Below the pieces are notes generated by a model. That model searched no databases. It was not told where the DNA came from and worked only from the letters and a program-made list of their open reading frames with translations. From Wallemia ichthyophaga EXF-994 (taxonomy: Eukaryota; Fungi; Basidiomycota), in NCBI RefSeq assembly GCF_000400465.1, contig NW_008806282.1:390001-422000 (forward strand): 32,000 nucleotides of DNA, read 5' to 3'. This document shows positions 8,266-19,771 of the stretch, one piece after another. How positions within the stretch are numbered: position 1 is the stretch's first letter; each line of letters opens with the position of its first letter. Made by a program: the position numbers and the translations under genes.

Positions 8266-11200
8266 CTACTTATCGACTACATTATTTTGCGTGTTGAACA
8301 GTTTACCACGACAGTTCGGTGCCCCACAGAAACATTCTGGTACGGCTTCCTCTAAGATACTGTCATCATCGTCTAGGACTCTCTTTGCCTTCTTTGACCT
8401 TATCTTTGTCTTCTTCTTTTTCCTGCTGAGTGCTTGCTCAACATCCTCTTCGTCGCTGTCGACACCCATGTATCTAACAACAGTTAGCTTCCGGTAACAT
8501 TTCAGCGCTCCACTCACGATATAGACAGCTCCTCGTTTTCTCTGATATCCCGCAAGGCATAGAATCCCAAGAAAGGAAGATCGACCGAGGTTTGCACAGT
8601 GTAGACGGGCTATGGGGAAGTAGGAGTGAGTGGAAGATTTTTAGCGCTCTACGAACTCACCTGCACAATTAAATTAGGCTTGCAACAATGGTTGATAAAT
8701 CGGGTGAACTACTTTGTGTCAGTTTACTGAAGGAGATGTGGCTATGTGACCTACATTTCCGATGAAAAAGGCATCAATGGCTATTAAAGTGTTAGCCATA
8801 TGCAATACTCCACACCAGCGTAGATATCACCCACTGTAATAGGATTGTAAATCAAAGTCAATATCACGGTACTGTTGCAGTTCCTTCTGCGGGCTGATGA
8901 GCGACTGAAGTGGTCTGCCAGCTTCGTTGGCAGTACCTGTACTTGTATTACCAAGTACATCGCCACTATCTTCACTCAGTTTCTCAAACCGCTTCTTGTT
9001 GCATTGCGTTGCCTTAGCATACATTTTTTTATTCCGCAGATGGTAAAAATCGATATCAAAATCGTATTTCCGGTTGACCCTGTGTTACGCTGTGTGAGAA
9101 AGGGTGGGGTATGATGTTGATGGGGAGTACCACTTACTTATCATATATACTAGGATGGTTTAGAGTGTACCTAAAAATGCGCGCACTTGACTCACTCTGA
9201 TCTATGTATAGCCATATCGTTTGTGATATATTCTCCAGAGTACACAGCAATAAACTGTCCTTTCTGTATCTTTCTTCGAGTCCGCACACCTGTTCGAGTT
9301 TGTTAGTATGTGCAACCTAGCTATAATCACTTCAACCCACCCCATCCCATCTTCTCCTTCTTGAATATTTCCAAGTTGAAGTTGGTCGGTTTACTAGTGA
9401 CCTGAGAAAGTTTAGAGGGTGAATGATTGGAGGGAACCTCAACGTACTTTATTCTGACAGCTATCGTCACACCCGCAAAGCTCATTGCATTCGAATATCG
9501 GCAAGTCTCTTGTATTTAGCAGTCCGTCATCGTCGTATGCTGGTGTGGTGGTTGTGGTAGTGTTACCGTATGAACAGTGCTCAACACCCATCTCACTCAC
9601 CACAATAACGATCGCAGAAGCCTTCAAAGATGTACTTCTGGCGCTGGAAACATTCACATGTCGACGGATCGCATTTACCATTGCATCCACACCGCCGTTG
9701 ACCTTTTTCGTTGTTCTTGGGCACACCGCTGCCATACTGGTGTGTGTAATATTTCAGAATTAGGTCAGATCAACTAAAATTTCACCTACACATGGTTTGT
9801 TGTTGTAGATAAACTCGACAGGCGGACAAGGATCGCTGTCAACCTGAGATGAAATTGAGAAGGGGTAAAAAAAAACGGCAAGCAACCCACGCACATCATT
9901 ACGAATTGAGAATGTGTTTCTGTTATCCATAAGTGTCTCAGCCTGCTCTATATGAGCGAGGAATGTATGCTCGAGGGATTTGCTGTTCAAAACCTCTCCT
10001 GTTCTAGGATGCCTTCTTAAGCTACCGACAAACTTCAACCCAACAAATTTATCAGGTTTCTCGGCTAATTTCCACGCTTCAAGCTCCGACGCTTTATCTA
10101 TTTCTTCCTGACTATACTGCTTATCGTCATATCTTTTGTATGCCTCCCGCTGCTCACGTGGCATATTGATGAAAACGGGTTTGATGATTTGTTCAATTGT
10201 AGCTGGTTTTTTTGCAGGGCCTTCAATGACTTGGGTTGTGTTTACGCGTGATTCTCGCTCAAGTGTCACCAGCTGAGCGCGTTTTCGCTGCTCAAACGAT
10301 GCATTGGGGTCGTGGAAACTGTGTTCATCCTCCGTTATCTGTAGCATCGCTTCGATCGTCTCATCATTGACTCTATCGGTGATCATCCGCTCATTGAACG
10401 GCTGCTTGAATTGCTTGAATGGTTTGATATCTTTACATATTCTGTTGCGACCATTTTGGAGTGTATTGGTATTAGTGTTGGCGTGTATTGAGTCGCACGT
10501 TTTCCTGTTGTTCGTACCTTGCATACTCTGCATACACTCCTCCAACATGGGCTTCTCCATGTAGTTTGGTGGGAGAACAGGTTTCGTTTCAGGTGGAGAG
10601 TATTTGCGTGTCTTCTTTCTATGCCCGGTCGAAGAACGCTCAGGTATAGACGTCGGTGGAGAGCAAGACGAAGAGCTAGATGGGATGGCTTTTGTAGTGG
10701 CCTCCACCTCATTTTCGCTATCAGAGGATAATTCTATAATGTTGCTGTTTAAGTTTTTGCCCAAGTCTCTACTCAACGTCTTGCTCAAATTTCTGCTCAA
10801 GTTTCTGCCCAAATCTCTGGTGAAATCTCTGCTCATCTTTATCTCTTCATCCACATTGTGAGGTTGCGGGTGTGGTTGCAGTTGTGGTTTTGATTTTGGT
10901 TGCGGCCGTCGTTGTGATTTTTGCAACTTAACTTCAGTCTGTCGCATATTATTGATTAGTTTGGGTTTCTCTTTCTCTCTCTCCTTCTCCTGCTCGCTCT
11001 TGCTCACCTTCTGCGGTGTGGAGTGGTTATTGGCGGTGTCAGGTCTGAAGTCGCGCACGCCTCTGAAGCTAGGTAATGATCCTTTCTTGATAGGAGGGAG
11101 AGGGGATTTCTTTGGCAGCAGCGACTCATGCGAGCTGTCGGCAGAGCTCATAGTGGGGTTGATAGGGTTGATGGGGTGAACGGGAGTAGCGAGATTTTTC

Positions 11201-11807
11201 CTTTCCGACGCGTGCATCGCGTGTATCAATGGCCGTGTATTGTCGCTCTTATTCTCCGTCTCACGAGGCTGCGTCCGAGAACGTTTAGAAAGCTGCGACG
11301 GCGACGGCGACGGCGATGGCGATTCTCTGAGCGACTTGCGCGAGCGGGTGACAAAGTCGTCAGACGTGTTAATTGAAGTGGGAGAGTTGGCTGATGTGCC
11401 AGAAGTGGCAGAAAAGCCACCACTAAACCCGTCTCTCCTCTTTCTCTTAAATTTCTTGTTGCTGTTGTTATCGATAGAGAGGAGGCGCTTCTCGGACTTT
11501 TTCCTGATCGCCGTGCTTGTTGGTGTGGCTGCGTTTGTGATAACGAAGTGAGATTTGCATGGATAGATACGCGGAGTAACTCACACCCAGTATGAAACAA
11601 TCCTCTCAGCTTATCGCTTGATTTCTGCTGGTATATTACGCCGCCAGGTTGAACAGGTCGCGTTGAAGTTGGTGGAGATGGCGCAGATGGCGCAGATGGC
11701 GCTTGTGCTGTTGGCTGCGGTAACACGGCCATCTCAATACTCTCCATCTCTAACTCATCTTCACTTGGGAATAAAGACGTCTCGTCGGCGTCCATCGATT
11801 CCATCAT
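8266..11807 (-). CDS. Clr4/DIM-5/SUV39-type histone H3K9 methyltransferase (pre-SET, SET, post-SET); multi-exon
   Basis: VDSDPCPPVEF; pre-SET CGCNGKCDPSTCEC and IFECNELCGCDDSCQNK; SET motifs GWGVRT, YSGEYIT, YDFDIDFYH, GNFTRFINHCCKPN and RDIRENEELSISY; post-SET CFCGAPNCRG. The long low-complexity N-terminus joins via an intron near 11520-11575. Confidence 0.85.
10751..10836 (-). repeat. Degenerate 12-nt coding repeat (about 7 units) encoding (L/F)(S/G/T)(R/K)(D/N/T) tetrapeptides
   Basis: MSRD FTRD LGRN LSRN LSKT LSRD LGKN in the N-terminal region of the SET protein. Confidence 0.8.
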
Positions 11808-11889
11808 GACTGGACGTGAACAACAGACAAAGACAAGAAAATTGGCATTTGTTTTGACATTTAGATGTAAATGTATAAATATTTATATT

Positions 11890-13207
11890 CTACTTGTCCC
11901 CTTCAAGCCACCTACCAAAGTCATTCAACCTGTGTTGCTCGTCTTGTTCAGCTGTCTCAGTGTATTTGTTGGTGCTTTCAGTGGTTTTAAACGTCTCCTT
12001 GCCATCGTAGAGGTAGCTGACCACTCTCCTGCCTGCAAAGTATCTACCTTCGTATTTCTACGCTGAGTTAGGTGGATAGGAGTACGTAGATGATTATCTC
12101 ACCAACACACACGCCTGTGCTGCGATATGATCTGAGAACTTGACAGTCATGATTCCATCTGGCTCAGCCTATGGGGAGTGAAGGTGTAAGCAAATATTCA
12201 CCGCCAAGTGCACTACCAACTCACATCGTAAAGCACCACGCTTGTCACCTTTCCAATTTGCTCGGCGTCTTCGCGTACATCTTGCTTCAAATCGAGCAAC
12301 AGCGTTGGATCCTCTTTCAGTTCACCGGGAGTAAACATATGCCTCAGTACGACGACTCTTGAGGTAGTATTCGAGGGCAACCGATCAGCCAGGCCAGACT
12401 CATCTTCGCTATCCCAATCGTTAAGTTTCTCATCCAATTTCCTGAACTTTGTCTGTTTCCTCCTTTTTTCTTCTTCAGTGAGAGGTTTAGCGGGTTTCTG
12501 TGTGGTGTGCTTGCTATTGGTGTGATCACTAGCCTCAGGCTTGAAATCTGCGACAGAGACTCTAATAGCACTGCCATCGCCATACCTAAGCTCGGTATCG
12601 TCGAGTAGTTGCACGGCAAGACTAACGCTGTCCTGCTTATAATACACCACCAAAGCCTCACCTTTGAAATTACCAAGATCGTCTGTATAAAGCTTTACTT
12701 TCGGGCTGCCATCGTCGTTGGTGAGGAGAACGCCGTACTTGGAGAAGACGTCTGCAATTTCATCGACGGTGACGTCAGGAGGGAGGCCAGTGACGAAGAC
12801 AGCAGTTTTTGGTGGAGGAGGTTTATCTCTTTTGGCGTTACTATCGTTGGGCTTGTTCGATGTGAAATCCTTGCGCTTCTTCTCGTGTCGTCTGGCTACG
12901 ACGTCTGCCGGAGTCTGTGGAGGAATGAGAGTGATCGTGGGTAGACAGCAGCCACACTAACGCTCTCGTCAACGCCACTAACACCGTAAGCAGCCTGTTG
13001 AGCAGATAATTGGTCTAAATCAGCCTAAATCGGAGTGAGCGTGGTGTGCACTGAATCCAATACACCTCCACGCACCACAGAAACGAATCGTTGAAATTTA
13101 ACATCCCACTCCATCTCGCTGCCATCATCGCCCTCCAAAACCCAATTCTGTTTTGCTTTATCAAAGGAAATACGCGGATCATCGAAATTTGGTGTGTCGC
13201 TAGTCAT
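11890..13207 (-). CDS. CUS2: U2 snRNP-associated RRM/UHM protein (Cus2/TAT-SF1/Uap2 family)
   Basis: RRM1 (AVFVTGLPPDVT...KVKLYTDDLGNFKGEAL.VYYKQDSV.LA) and UHM (VVVLRHMFTPGEL...LDLKQDVRED...GKVTSVVLYD, RYFAGR); several introns. Confidence 0.85.
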
Positions 13208-13317
13208 GGTGGGGGAGTTGAGAGGAGAAACACCCGCACTGAATATAAATATCAAGATAAATTTATCATGTATAATATTTTCACTTTATTTTTCATTCAT
13301 CGTTATCAACGACGGTC

Positions 13318-14403
13318 ATGGCCTCACCCACCCCGGAATCATTCAAGCCATTATTGAAGAAGCTGGCAACTGATTCTATCAGCTTCACGGAGGAGGATAT
13401 GGCAACTTCATTTGAGCACATAGTATCCACCGATGCCCACACACCCGCGCAGATAGCAGCATTCCTCACAGCGCTCAAATTAACCGGCAACGACGAGAAA
13501 GCCGAGTATATAGCAGCAGCTGCGACTGTTATGCGCGCCCACTCTGTCCAGATACCCGGTTTAGACAGTATCCCCACATGTGATATCGTTGGTACGGGTG
13601 GTGATGGTCTCGATACGTTCAACGTTTCCACCGCTGCTGCTGTTGTTGCGGCTGGTGCTGGTGCCACTGTAACCAAACACGGTGCACGCTCAGCCTCTTC
13701 TGCGTCTGGCTCTGCAGATCTTCTCCTGTCCCTCAACTGCTCCCTCTCGATCCACCCTTCCCGTCTTCCCGCTCTCCTCTCTTCCAGCAGATTCGCATTC
13801 CTCTTTGCCTCCAATTACCACCCTGCCATGGCCCACGTAGCCCCTCTCCGCCGCGAAATGGGTTTCCCCACCATATTCAACTTCCTCGGTCCGCTCATGA
13901 ATCCAGCCAGGCCGACGCGCATGGTGGTTGGTGTCGCTAAGCGCAGCTTGGCGGGTGTATTCGTCGATGCCCTCCAGCGTCTTGGCGTCCAACGCGCCAT
14001 GGTCGTAAGAGGGAAGGAGGGCATGGACGAGATCAGCCCAGCGGGCGAGACGGAGATTTGGGAGCTGTGCGACGGTCGCGTAAAGGAGTACACCGTTTCT
14101 CCATTCAATTTCGGCGTTAAGGCCCACCCACTCTCCTCCGTTAAGAGCGGCAGCCCTACTAACAACGCTAATCTTTTCAAATCCATTCTCGCTACTTCTA
14201 CGCCCTCCTTTGACGATATTCCAGAGGGTGTTGAACTCGCTGCGCTCAAGGATTGGATCCTTATCAACGCAAGTGCCCTGCTCGTCGTCGCAGGTCAGGC
14301 TACCAACTTTGGCCAGGGCGTTACTAAAGCCAGAGAGGCCATCGAGGGGCTCCACGCTAAGGCTGCGCTGGATGCTTTCAAGAAGGCGGGAAGTGAGCAG
14401 TGA
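13318..14403 (+). CDS. TRP4: Anthranilate phosphoribosyltransferase
   Basis: DIVGTGGDGLDTFNVST, KHGARSASS.SGSAD, TIFNFLGPLMNP and GMDEISP motifs; intronless, 361 aa. Confidence 0.97.
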   Translation: MASPTPESFKPLLKKLATDSISFTEEDMATSFEHIVSTDAHTPAQIAAFLTALKLTGNDEKAEYIAAAATVMRAHSVQIPGLDSIPTCDIVGTGGDGLDTFNVSTAAAVVAAGAGATVTKHGARSASSASGSADLLLSLNCSLSIHPSRLPALLSSSRFAFLFASNYHPAMAHVAPLRREMGFPTIFNFLGPLMNPARPTRMVVGVAKRSLAGVFVDALQRLGVQRAMVVRGKEGMDEISPAGETEIWELCDGRVKEYTVSPFNFGVKAHPLSSVKSGSPTNNANLFKSILATSTPSFDDIPEGVELAALKDWILINASALLVVAGQATNFGQGVTKAREAIEGLHAKAALDAFKKAGSEQ

Positions 14404-14480
14404 GCAAGCGTGTGCTACCTGTGGGTGTGTGCCATTATAGCATTTGTAATGACAATAGACGTGGTATAGAATCAACGCAG

Positions 14481-15741
14481 TTAGTGTACACGATAATAAG
14501 ACACGGCGAGACCTAGACTGAGGGCGAGCAAGGCTCCGCGCGTACTGCTCCGCCAGCCCACCAAGTAGAGGGCGAGCCAGGCGTAACCGATGAGCAAATC
14601 AGCTGTTGTGCCCAGTAGAGCCTTGAAGTGGGCGTGACGGTCGTAAGCGTTAATGTGGTTGTGGTTGCGACTGTCCATCTCCATCACATGGCTACACTCA
14701 CCATCCACACACACCATCGCCGTGATAGGCTTGTGGTCGCTGATGGTCACCTGTGGAAAAGAGTCGTAAAAGACGCAGCGAGTCGCTGCGGCAGACGCAA
14801 AGAGGACTCTGTCCGTCCAGCTGGGGTCGCGACGCGCATCGACACCGTCTACGCTACCCACTGTGTATTTATAAGTGGGCAGGAAAGCGCTAAAACAACC
14901 CTCGCGCAGTCCGTTCATCACTCGCCCACCACGCATTTCCCGCGCCAGCTCGTCATGAGAGGCTAACGAATCAAGGTCGATAATTTTCTGCTCTAGCTTG
15001 CTGTTGCTAGAGCTGCTGCTGTCGCCGTACAGCCTGTAATTGAGGTCACCAAAGACCAAGAGGTGGGTGGAGTCGTATATGGATGGTTTGATGCGCGACA
15101 CAAGTGATCTGTAGTCTGTGATATGTGATATGCACACTATGTCAGTATGAAGCACCTAATCAAGACACCCATCTCACCCCAATTGCGCCGCGCAACATTC
15201 TCCTCCCCTTGGTGCGCGGCGAGGTGAGCGTTTACGAGGGTAAGAATACCGCCGCTGGGGAGGTGAATGCGCGTAGAAATCGCGCCCTTATTACCCATCA
15301 CGCCGCCAACGCCTAGACCGACGTGCGTGGAGTGTGTGTGTGTTTGTTGGCTTGCGATGTGGGGGCGGGCGTAGACGAGCATTGTAAGACCAGCGAAGGA
15401 TGACTGATGGATGCAAGTGTATATGACGTCACTGTTGTTATCTTTGCTATCACCAACACCCGCATACTTGGTCAGCGCCCTGTGCACCGTCGACGCCGTT
15501 CCGCGGAGTTTGTCAGACGCGTTCCAGCCGCTGACTGAGGAAACAGCGTCAGATATATTCATAGACCACTCGCTCACCCACGCGCTTCGGCCAGTGGCTG
15601 CGTTTCCTGTGTACCGACAACAAGCAGATCGGGAAGATCGGAGAGACGCGGAGATGGAAGAAGCCAGTCAGCCAGCTCGTGTGGCTTGACGCTGCCCAGC
15701 GATCTCTCGTGGACGTTGAAAGATGAGATTTGAATTTTCAT
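14481..15741 (-). CDS. Inositol polyphosphate 5-phosphatase with C-terminal membrane anchor (Inp54-like)
   Basis: MKIQISSFNVHE...PDLLVVGTQE, GNKGA, NAHLAAH, FGDLNYRL, PTYKY and PSWTDRVLF motifs, plus a hydrophobic C-terminal tail; at least two introns. Confidence 0.85.
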
Positions 15742-15825
15742 TCAATTTCGCCGTGGTGGTTGTAGCTAAGCTGGATTCTGTTGGCAGTCGACAGCCATCA
15801 TCACCTCGAGTAGAAAAGCAGGAGA

Positions 15826-17216
15826 ATGAAAAACTTGGAGAACAGCGTGGATATTTGTGCGTGTGGTGTATACTACCCAGCCATCCTTACCTTGTCCCAG
15901 CGCAGCCGAAATTCGATCAGTCGACGTACATGGGCCGTGTCAGGCACTTTATCGCGGCTGTCTCCCCCCTCACCCTATTTGCTTCGGCCGATCGTCTCCA
16001 GGATGCCCACAAAGACGTTCTCGCTGTCCAGGAACGTGTCCAGAAATCCCCCGGTGGTGTATTCGTTAAGCCTGAGGACGCGCAGAAGTATTGGAAGAAC
16101 AAGCAGCTCGTAGACAGCTCTATACATCCGGGTGAGCGTCGTTGCTGGTTGCTGGTTGCTAGCTACTGGCTGTACACTCCCCCTTCTAATCTGTCTCATT
16201 AGACACCGGCGAGCCTATAGTACTTCCATTTAGAATGTCAGCATTCATGCCTACCAATTTGGTTAGTGGCGGTCTTGCTATCCTTTCAATTGGCTTTAAC
16301 GCCCACTCAGATCATTATCGGCGGTATGCTCGCACCTAATCCCTCTGTAGGCATGGTCTTGTGTGCTACACACCTCGCTCACCTGGCTATCAGCTCGGAT
16401 CTGTCATTTTCTGGCAGTGGATGAACCGTGAGTAAGGTTTATCAAGTTTTTCACCCACTCACAACTCCCAGAATCACTCAATGTCTGCGTCAATGTGGGT
16501 TAATAGCAGGCTGCTTATAGCCACTGTATAACACCACACACAGTCAGCCAATGCGAACAAATCCACTCCACTATCCACAAAAGAACTCGCCATGTCTTAC
16601 CTCGCAGCCACAGCGTCGTCTGTCGGCATAGCAGTGACCTTAACCAAGGGGGTTCCCAAGCTGAATGTCTCGGCAGCCACCAAAGCCTCACTCGGGCGCA
16701 TGGTAGTGGGTGATAGTGATAAGCTATCGACAAAGCTAACCCGCTCCCCAGCCATTCGTATCAGTTGTCACAGCCGGATGCGTGAACATTGCCGCTATGC
16801 GCTACAAGGAGATGCGCGACGGGATAGCGGTGACGACGAGTGAAGTAGACGGGGAGCCTCTACCAGATAACCAGAAAACCACACTAGACGCCTCCTCACG
16901 CATTGCGGGTGCTGTGGCAGTATCGCAAACGGCAGCTAGCAGAGTCTTTACTAACATCCCCACACTTATCTTCGTCCCTCTCATCCAGGCTGCGTTGACC
17001 AAGAGAGGTGCATTCGCTGGTAAACGCGGACCTTTACTGGAACGTATCGTGTCGCTGGGTCTTGCCGGGACAAGTATGATAGTGTTTTTGCCTCCAGCTA
17101 TCGCCGTCTTCCCCCAGAAAGCTACTCTTGGTGCGGATACCGTCTTTGGGGAGGACGCACCGACGGATGAGAAAGGCAGGAGAGTTACGCGGGTGGAATT
17201 CAATAGAGGTCTCTAA
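15826..17216 (+). CDS. FSF1: Sideroflexin (mitochondrial tricarboxylate/serine carrier, Mtc family)
   Basis: SQPKFDQSTYMGRVRHF, SSIHP|DTGEPIVLPFRMSAFMPTN, FWQWMNQSLNV and FNRGL C-terminus; about 6 short introns. Confidence 0.92.
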
Positions 17217-17277
17217 CGGAGTTATTTGCGTTGTTCTTGTAGAAATCAATTTGTTATCTCTAACGGTCATCATCGAG

Positions 17278-17873
17278 ATGGAATTTGTGAGTAGATGGTG
17301 GAGCGAGAGTGGTGAGAGTGGTGAGAATGGCAGCAACGGCGACTACACCAAACCACCCAAATACAATGCCAGCATGGATACGCCCAGGGATCTGCCCAGC
17401 GTCGGCACAGACGAGAGTGACAAGGAGAAAGAGAAAGAGAAGCAAGCCAACTACTCGCCGTACACACCGTATACACTAGCGTGGGTTATAATTAAGAAAT
17501 ACAAATGGCTTCATCTCATTGAGGACATGGCAGCCCAGATTCAGGCACAGATTCCGCTCAGCACGTCGACATGCGCAGACGAATAGGACAAACGAGTCTG
17601 GAGAACTGCAGTGTGATAGAAGGAATGTTGTCCGAGTGTATAAACCGGGGATCTTTCAAGGATAAGCGGGTAAGGGGATGTGACTGGCTGAGAGAGCAGT
17701 TTTACGCTTGCTTGGGGGAGCAGCGCCATGCACTGACTGAATTGGGATACGCCTTACCCCAGAATACACCCCAGAAAGACGATAAGATACGCAGCCTGGC
17801 TGACAGACTCGCTCAGGACAGAGAGAAGGAAGCTGAGGAGGGTAGAGTGCCTTTGAAGGAGAAGACCAAGTAG
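17278..17873 (+). CDS. Conserved fungal hypothetical protein with twin CX9C motif
   Basis: An intron at about 17480-17532 (GTGGGT...GGCAG) joins the two ORFs. It contains CSVIEGMLSEC and CDWLREQFYAC followed by LGY...ADRL. Confidence 0.7.
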
Positions 17874-17922
17874 AAAGAGAGAAATGCATTTGTTTTTACC
17901 CTGTTTTACCCGTTTTACCCGT

Positions 17923-18492
17923 TTACCTCCCTGTTGCTGTCGATAAGCACTGCTGAACAACGTCGATAAGGTGGCCATTTTCGAGCGCTGCTGCAACTCT
18001 CTCCTTATCGTTGAGCTGCTTGTTGATCGCCGCCTCCTGCATATGCGTACCTTCACGCACACGCACGTCCACTTTGAAGCGTGGCGGGAGAGACCTGATG
18101 AGCCGCACGCGCAGACACAGGCCAATGAGAGTGGACATGGAGCAATGGGGGATGGTTGGCGTGAAGAGGATTGTAGCCTCGTTCTGCTCGTCGTCCACGG
18201 TGATCTGCGCCTTGCTCACAACTGCAAGTTGCTCGAGTGTGAGTGGGTGCTCTGGGTCGTTGATGTCTTTGAGGAGGTGGAATAGCTCGTCAGCGTCGAT
18301 GGCTTGCGCGGGTGTTTTCTCCAGTGTGGCGTTGGCGTTGGCGTTGGCGTAATCTGGATTGATATCCCCCACTTGCGCATCAGGTGCTAGGAAATCTGTG
18401 CTCCACGGATCGCTATCACTGTAAACATTCCTCTCGCTCTCCTCTACTGTCTGGTGTATTATCGGATTAGCGTTGATCTTCTCTGCGTCCAT
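17923..18492 (-). CDS. CIA2: Cytosolic Fe-S assembly factor Cia2/MIP18 (FAM96, DUF59)
   Basis: [13 protein letters not shown] start; [29 protein letters not shown] and [17 protein letters not shown] motifs. Confidence 0.95.
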   Translation of the reverse strand: MDAEKINANPIIHQTVEESERNVYSDSDPWSTDFLAPDAQVGDINPDYANANANATLEKTPAQAIDADELFHLLKDINDPEHPLTLEQLAVVSKAQITVDDEQNEATILFTPTIPHCSMSTLIGLCLRVRLIRSLPPRFKVDVRVREGTHMQEAAINKQLNDKERVAAALENGHLIDVVQQCLSTATGR

Positions 18493-18526
18493 TCTGATTG
18501 GTTGGTCGTTATCTATCAAGAAAAAT

Positions 18527-19573
18527 ATGAGATTAGCCACACGGATTAGATTGATGAGGTCATTTAAATTCAATGGCTGCACTGGCTGTACTGGCAGGAG
18601 GGGATTTGCGCAGGCTATTGACGGATATCGCATTCCATCGCAGCGCACTTGGAAGGAGGAGATACATTCAGCGCTACAGGCACACAAGGCACACTCCGCA
18701 CACTCCGCACACTCAAACTGCACGCCACTCGCCGCTCTTCTCGCACAGCTCCATCGCCGCCAACTGAGAGATCTCCGCGTCGGCCTCAGTTACGAGAGCA
18801 CACCGGAGAGCGGCCGAGCAGTGCGCACGACACAGACGCCCACCAACGAGGTCCTCCTCGTCGCCCACGCAGCCCCGCCAAACCGTTTGTCTCTCTCTGG
18901 CGGTTTCGCGGTGGCCTGCAACGGCGATGACGAGCAGCCGCTGGTTGTGAGCTGCGTGCACACTCTGAGTGGTGGTATCGGGAGTGTGAGCCTGAGTGAG
19001 CCAAATAGCGCAAGTGCTCGCGCGAATGGAAACGGAAACGACAGCGCCACTCTCCTGATAAGCTGCGCGGGGGGGAGGATAACGGACATACGATACGCAG
19101 AGGCAGTGCACTCGAGCCAGCCCCAGAGCGATCTCGTCTACTACAAGCCCTCTGCGAGTATTATTGGAGGCGTATCCGGCGTATCCGGCGTATCCAGCGC
19201 ACACAGCGCACCGCTGCGAACACTCCCCATCAACCCCTACCCGCCCCCGCCAGGGACAGAGGTGGCGGTGTGGAGGCCTCCGGCGACGCCCGGAGACACA
19301 CCCGCGTGGACACACGGCTCTATCCACCGCTATACCACGCCCAACGGAAAAATGGCACAGGCTGGCACGTACGACCACCTCGCGAATGTCGAAATCGACG
19401 GCGTACTGCCAGAACTAGGTGCTAGCGGATCGCCTGTGGTGGAGCGAGAGTCTGGGGCAGTGTGCGCTGTCGTTAGAGGATCCGTGGGTGGATTGAGCGG
19501 GGCTAAAACTTGGGGTACGCCTGCAGAACATCTGTGGGAGTGCTTTGACCTCCCTGGGATGCCAGTGGGATGA
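18527..19573 (+). CDS. Trypsin-like serine protease domain protein with a putative mitochondrial presequence, no PDZ domain
   Basis: Candidate triad His (VSCVHTL), Asp (QSDLVYY) and Ser (GASGSPVV); Arg-rich N-terminus [12 protein letters not shown]...RRGFA. The start could instead be 18554. Confidence 0.65.
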   Translation: MRLATRIRLMRSFKFNGCTGCTGRRGFAQAIDGYRIPSQRTWKEEIHSALQAHKAHSAHSAHSNCTPLAALLAQLHRRQLRDLRVGLSYESTPESGRAVRTTQTPTNEVLLVAHAAPPNRLSLSGGFAVACNGDDEQPLVVSCVHTLSGGIGSVSLSEPNSASARANGNGNDSATLLISCAGGRITDIRYAEAVHSSQPQSDLVYYKPSASIIGGVSGVSGVSSAHSAPLRTLPINPYPPPPGTEVAVWRPPATPGDTPAWTHGSIHRYTTPNGKMAQAGTYDHLANVEIDGVLPELGASGSPVVERESGAVCAVVRGSVGGLSGAKTWGTPAEHLWECFDLPGMPVG

Positions 19574-19771
19574 CAAAAGAGGGTATTCATGTGTGTATAA
19601 TCTATTTTCTTTGTTTGTTTGTGTGTTTTGCTTGTAGCCACGCGACTAGGAACGAGGGTATTCGAGAACCAGCTGTTAGGCTTTAGACTACTTGAATACA
19701 CCGACAGCCTTGAAATCAAGTAGCTGGCTTTGTCTTTCGGACCTCAACCACCAAGACGAAGCAGTCCGCAG

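Noticed and set aside
13256-13267. 12-bp palindrome gataaatttatc between CUS2 and TRP4
   Set aside because: Almost entirely A/T within an AT-rich promoter, so chance occurrence is likely.
13690-14475. 261-aa antisense ORF over TRP4, and similar long antisense ORFs over RPN7, EXO84 and the protease
   Set aside because: Shadow ORFs caused by codon bias in GC-rich coding sequence; no domain signatures.
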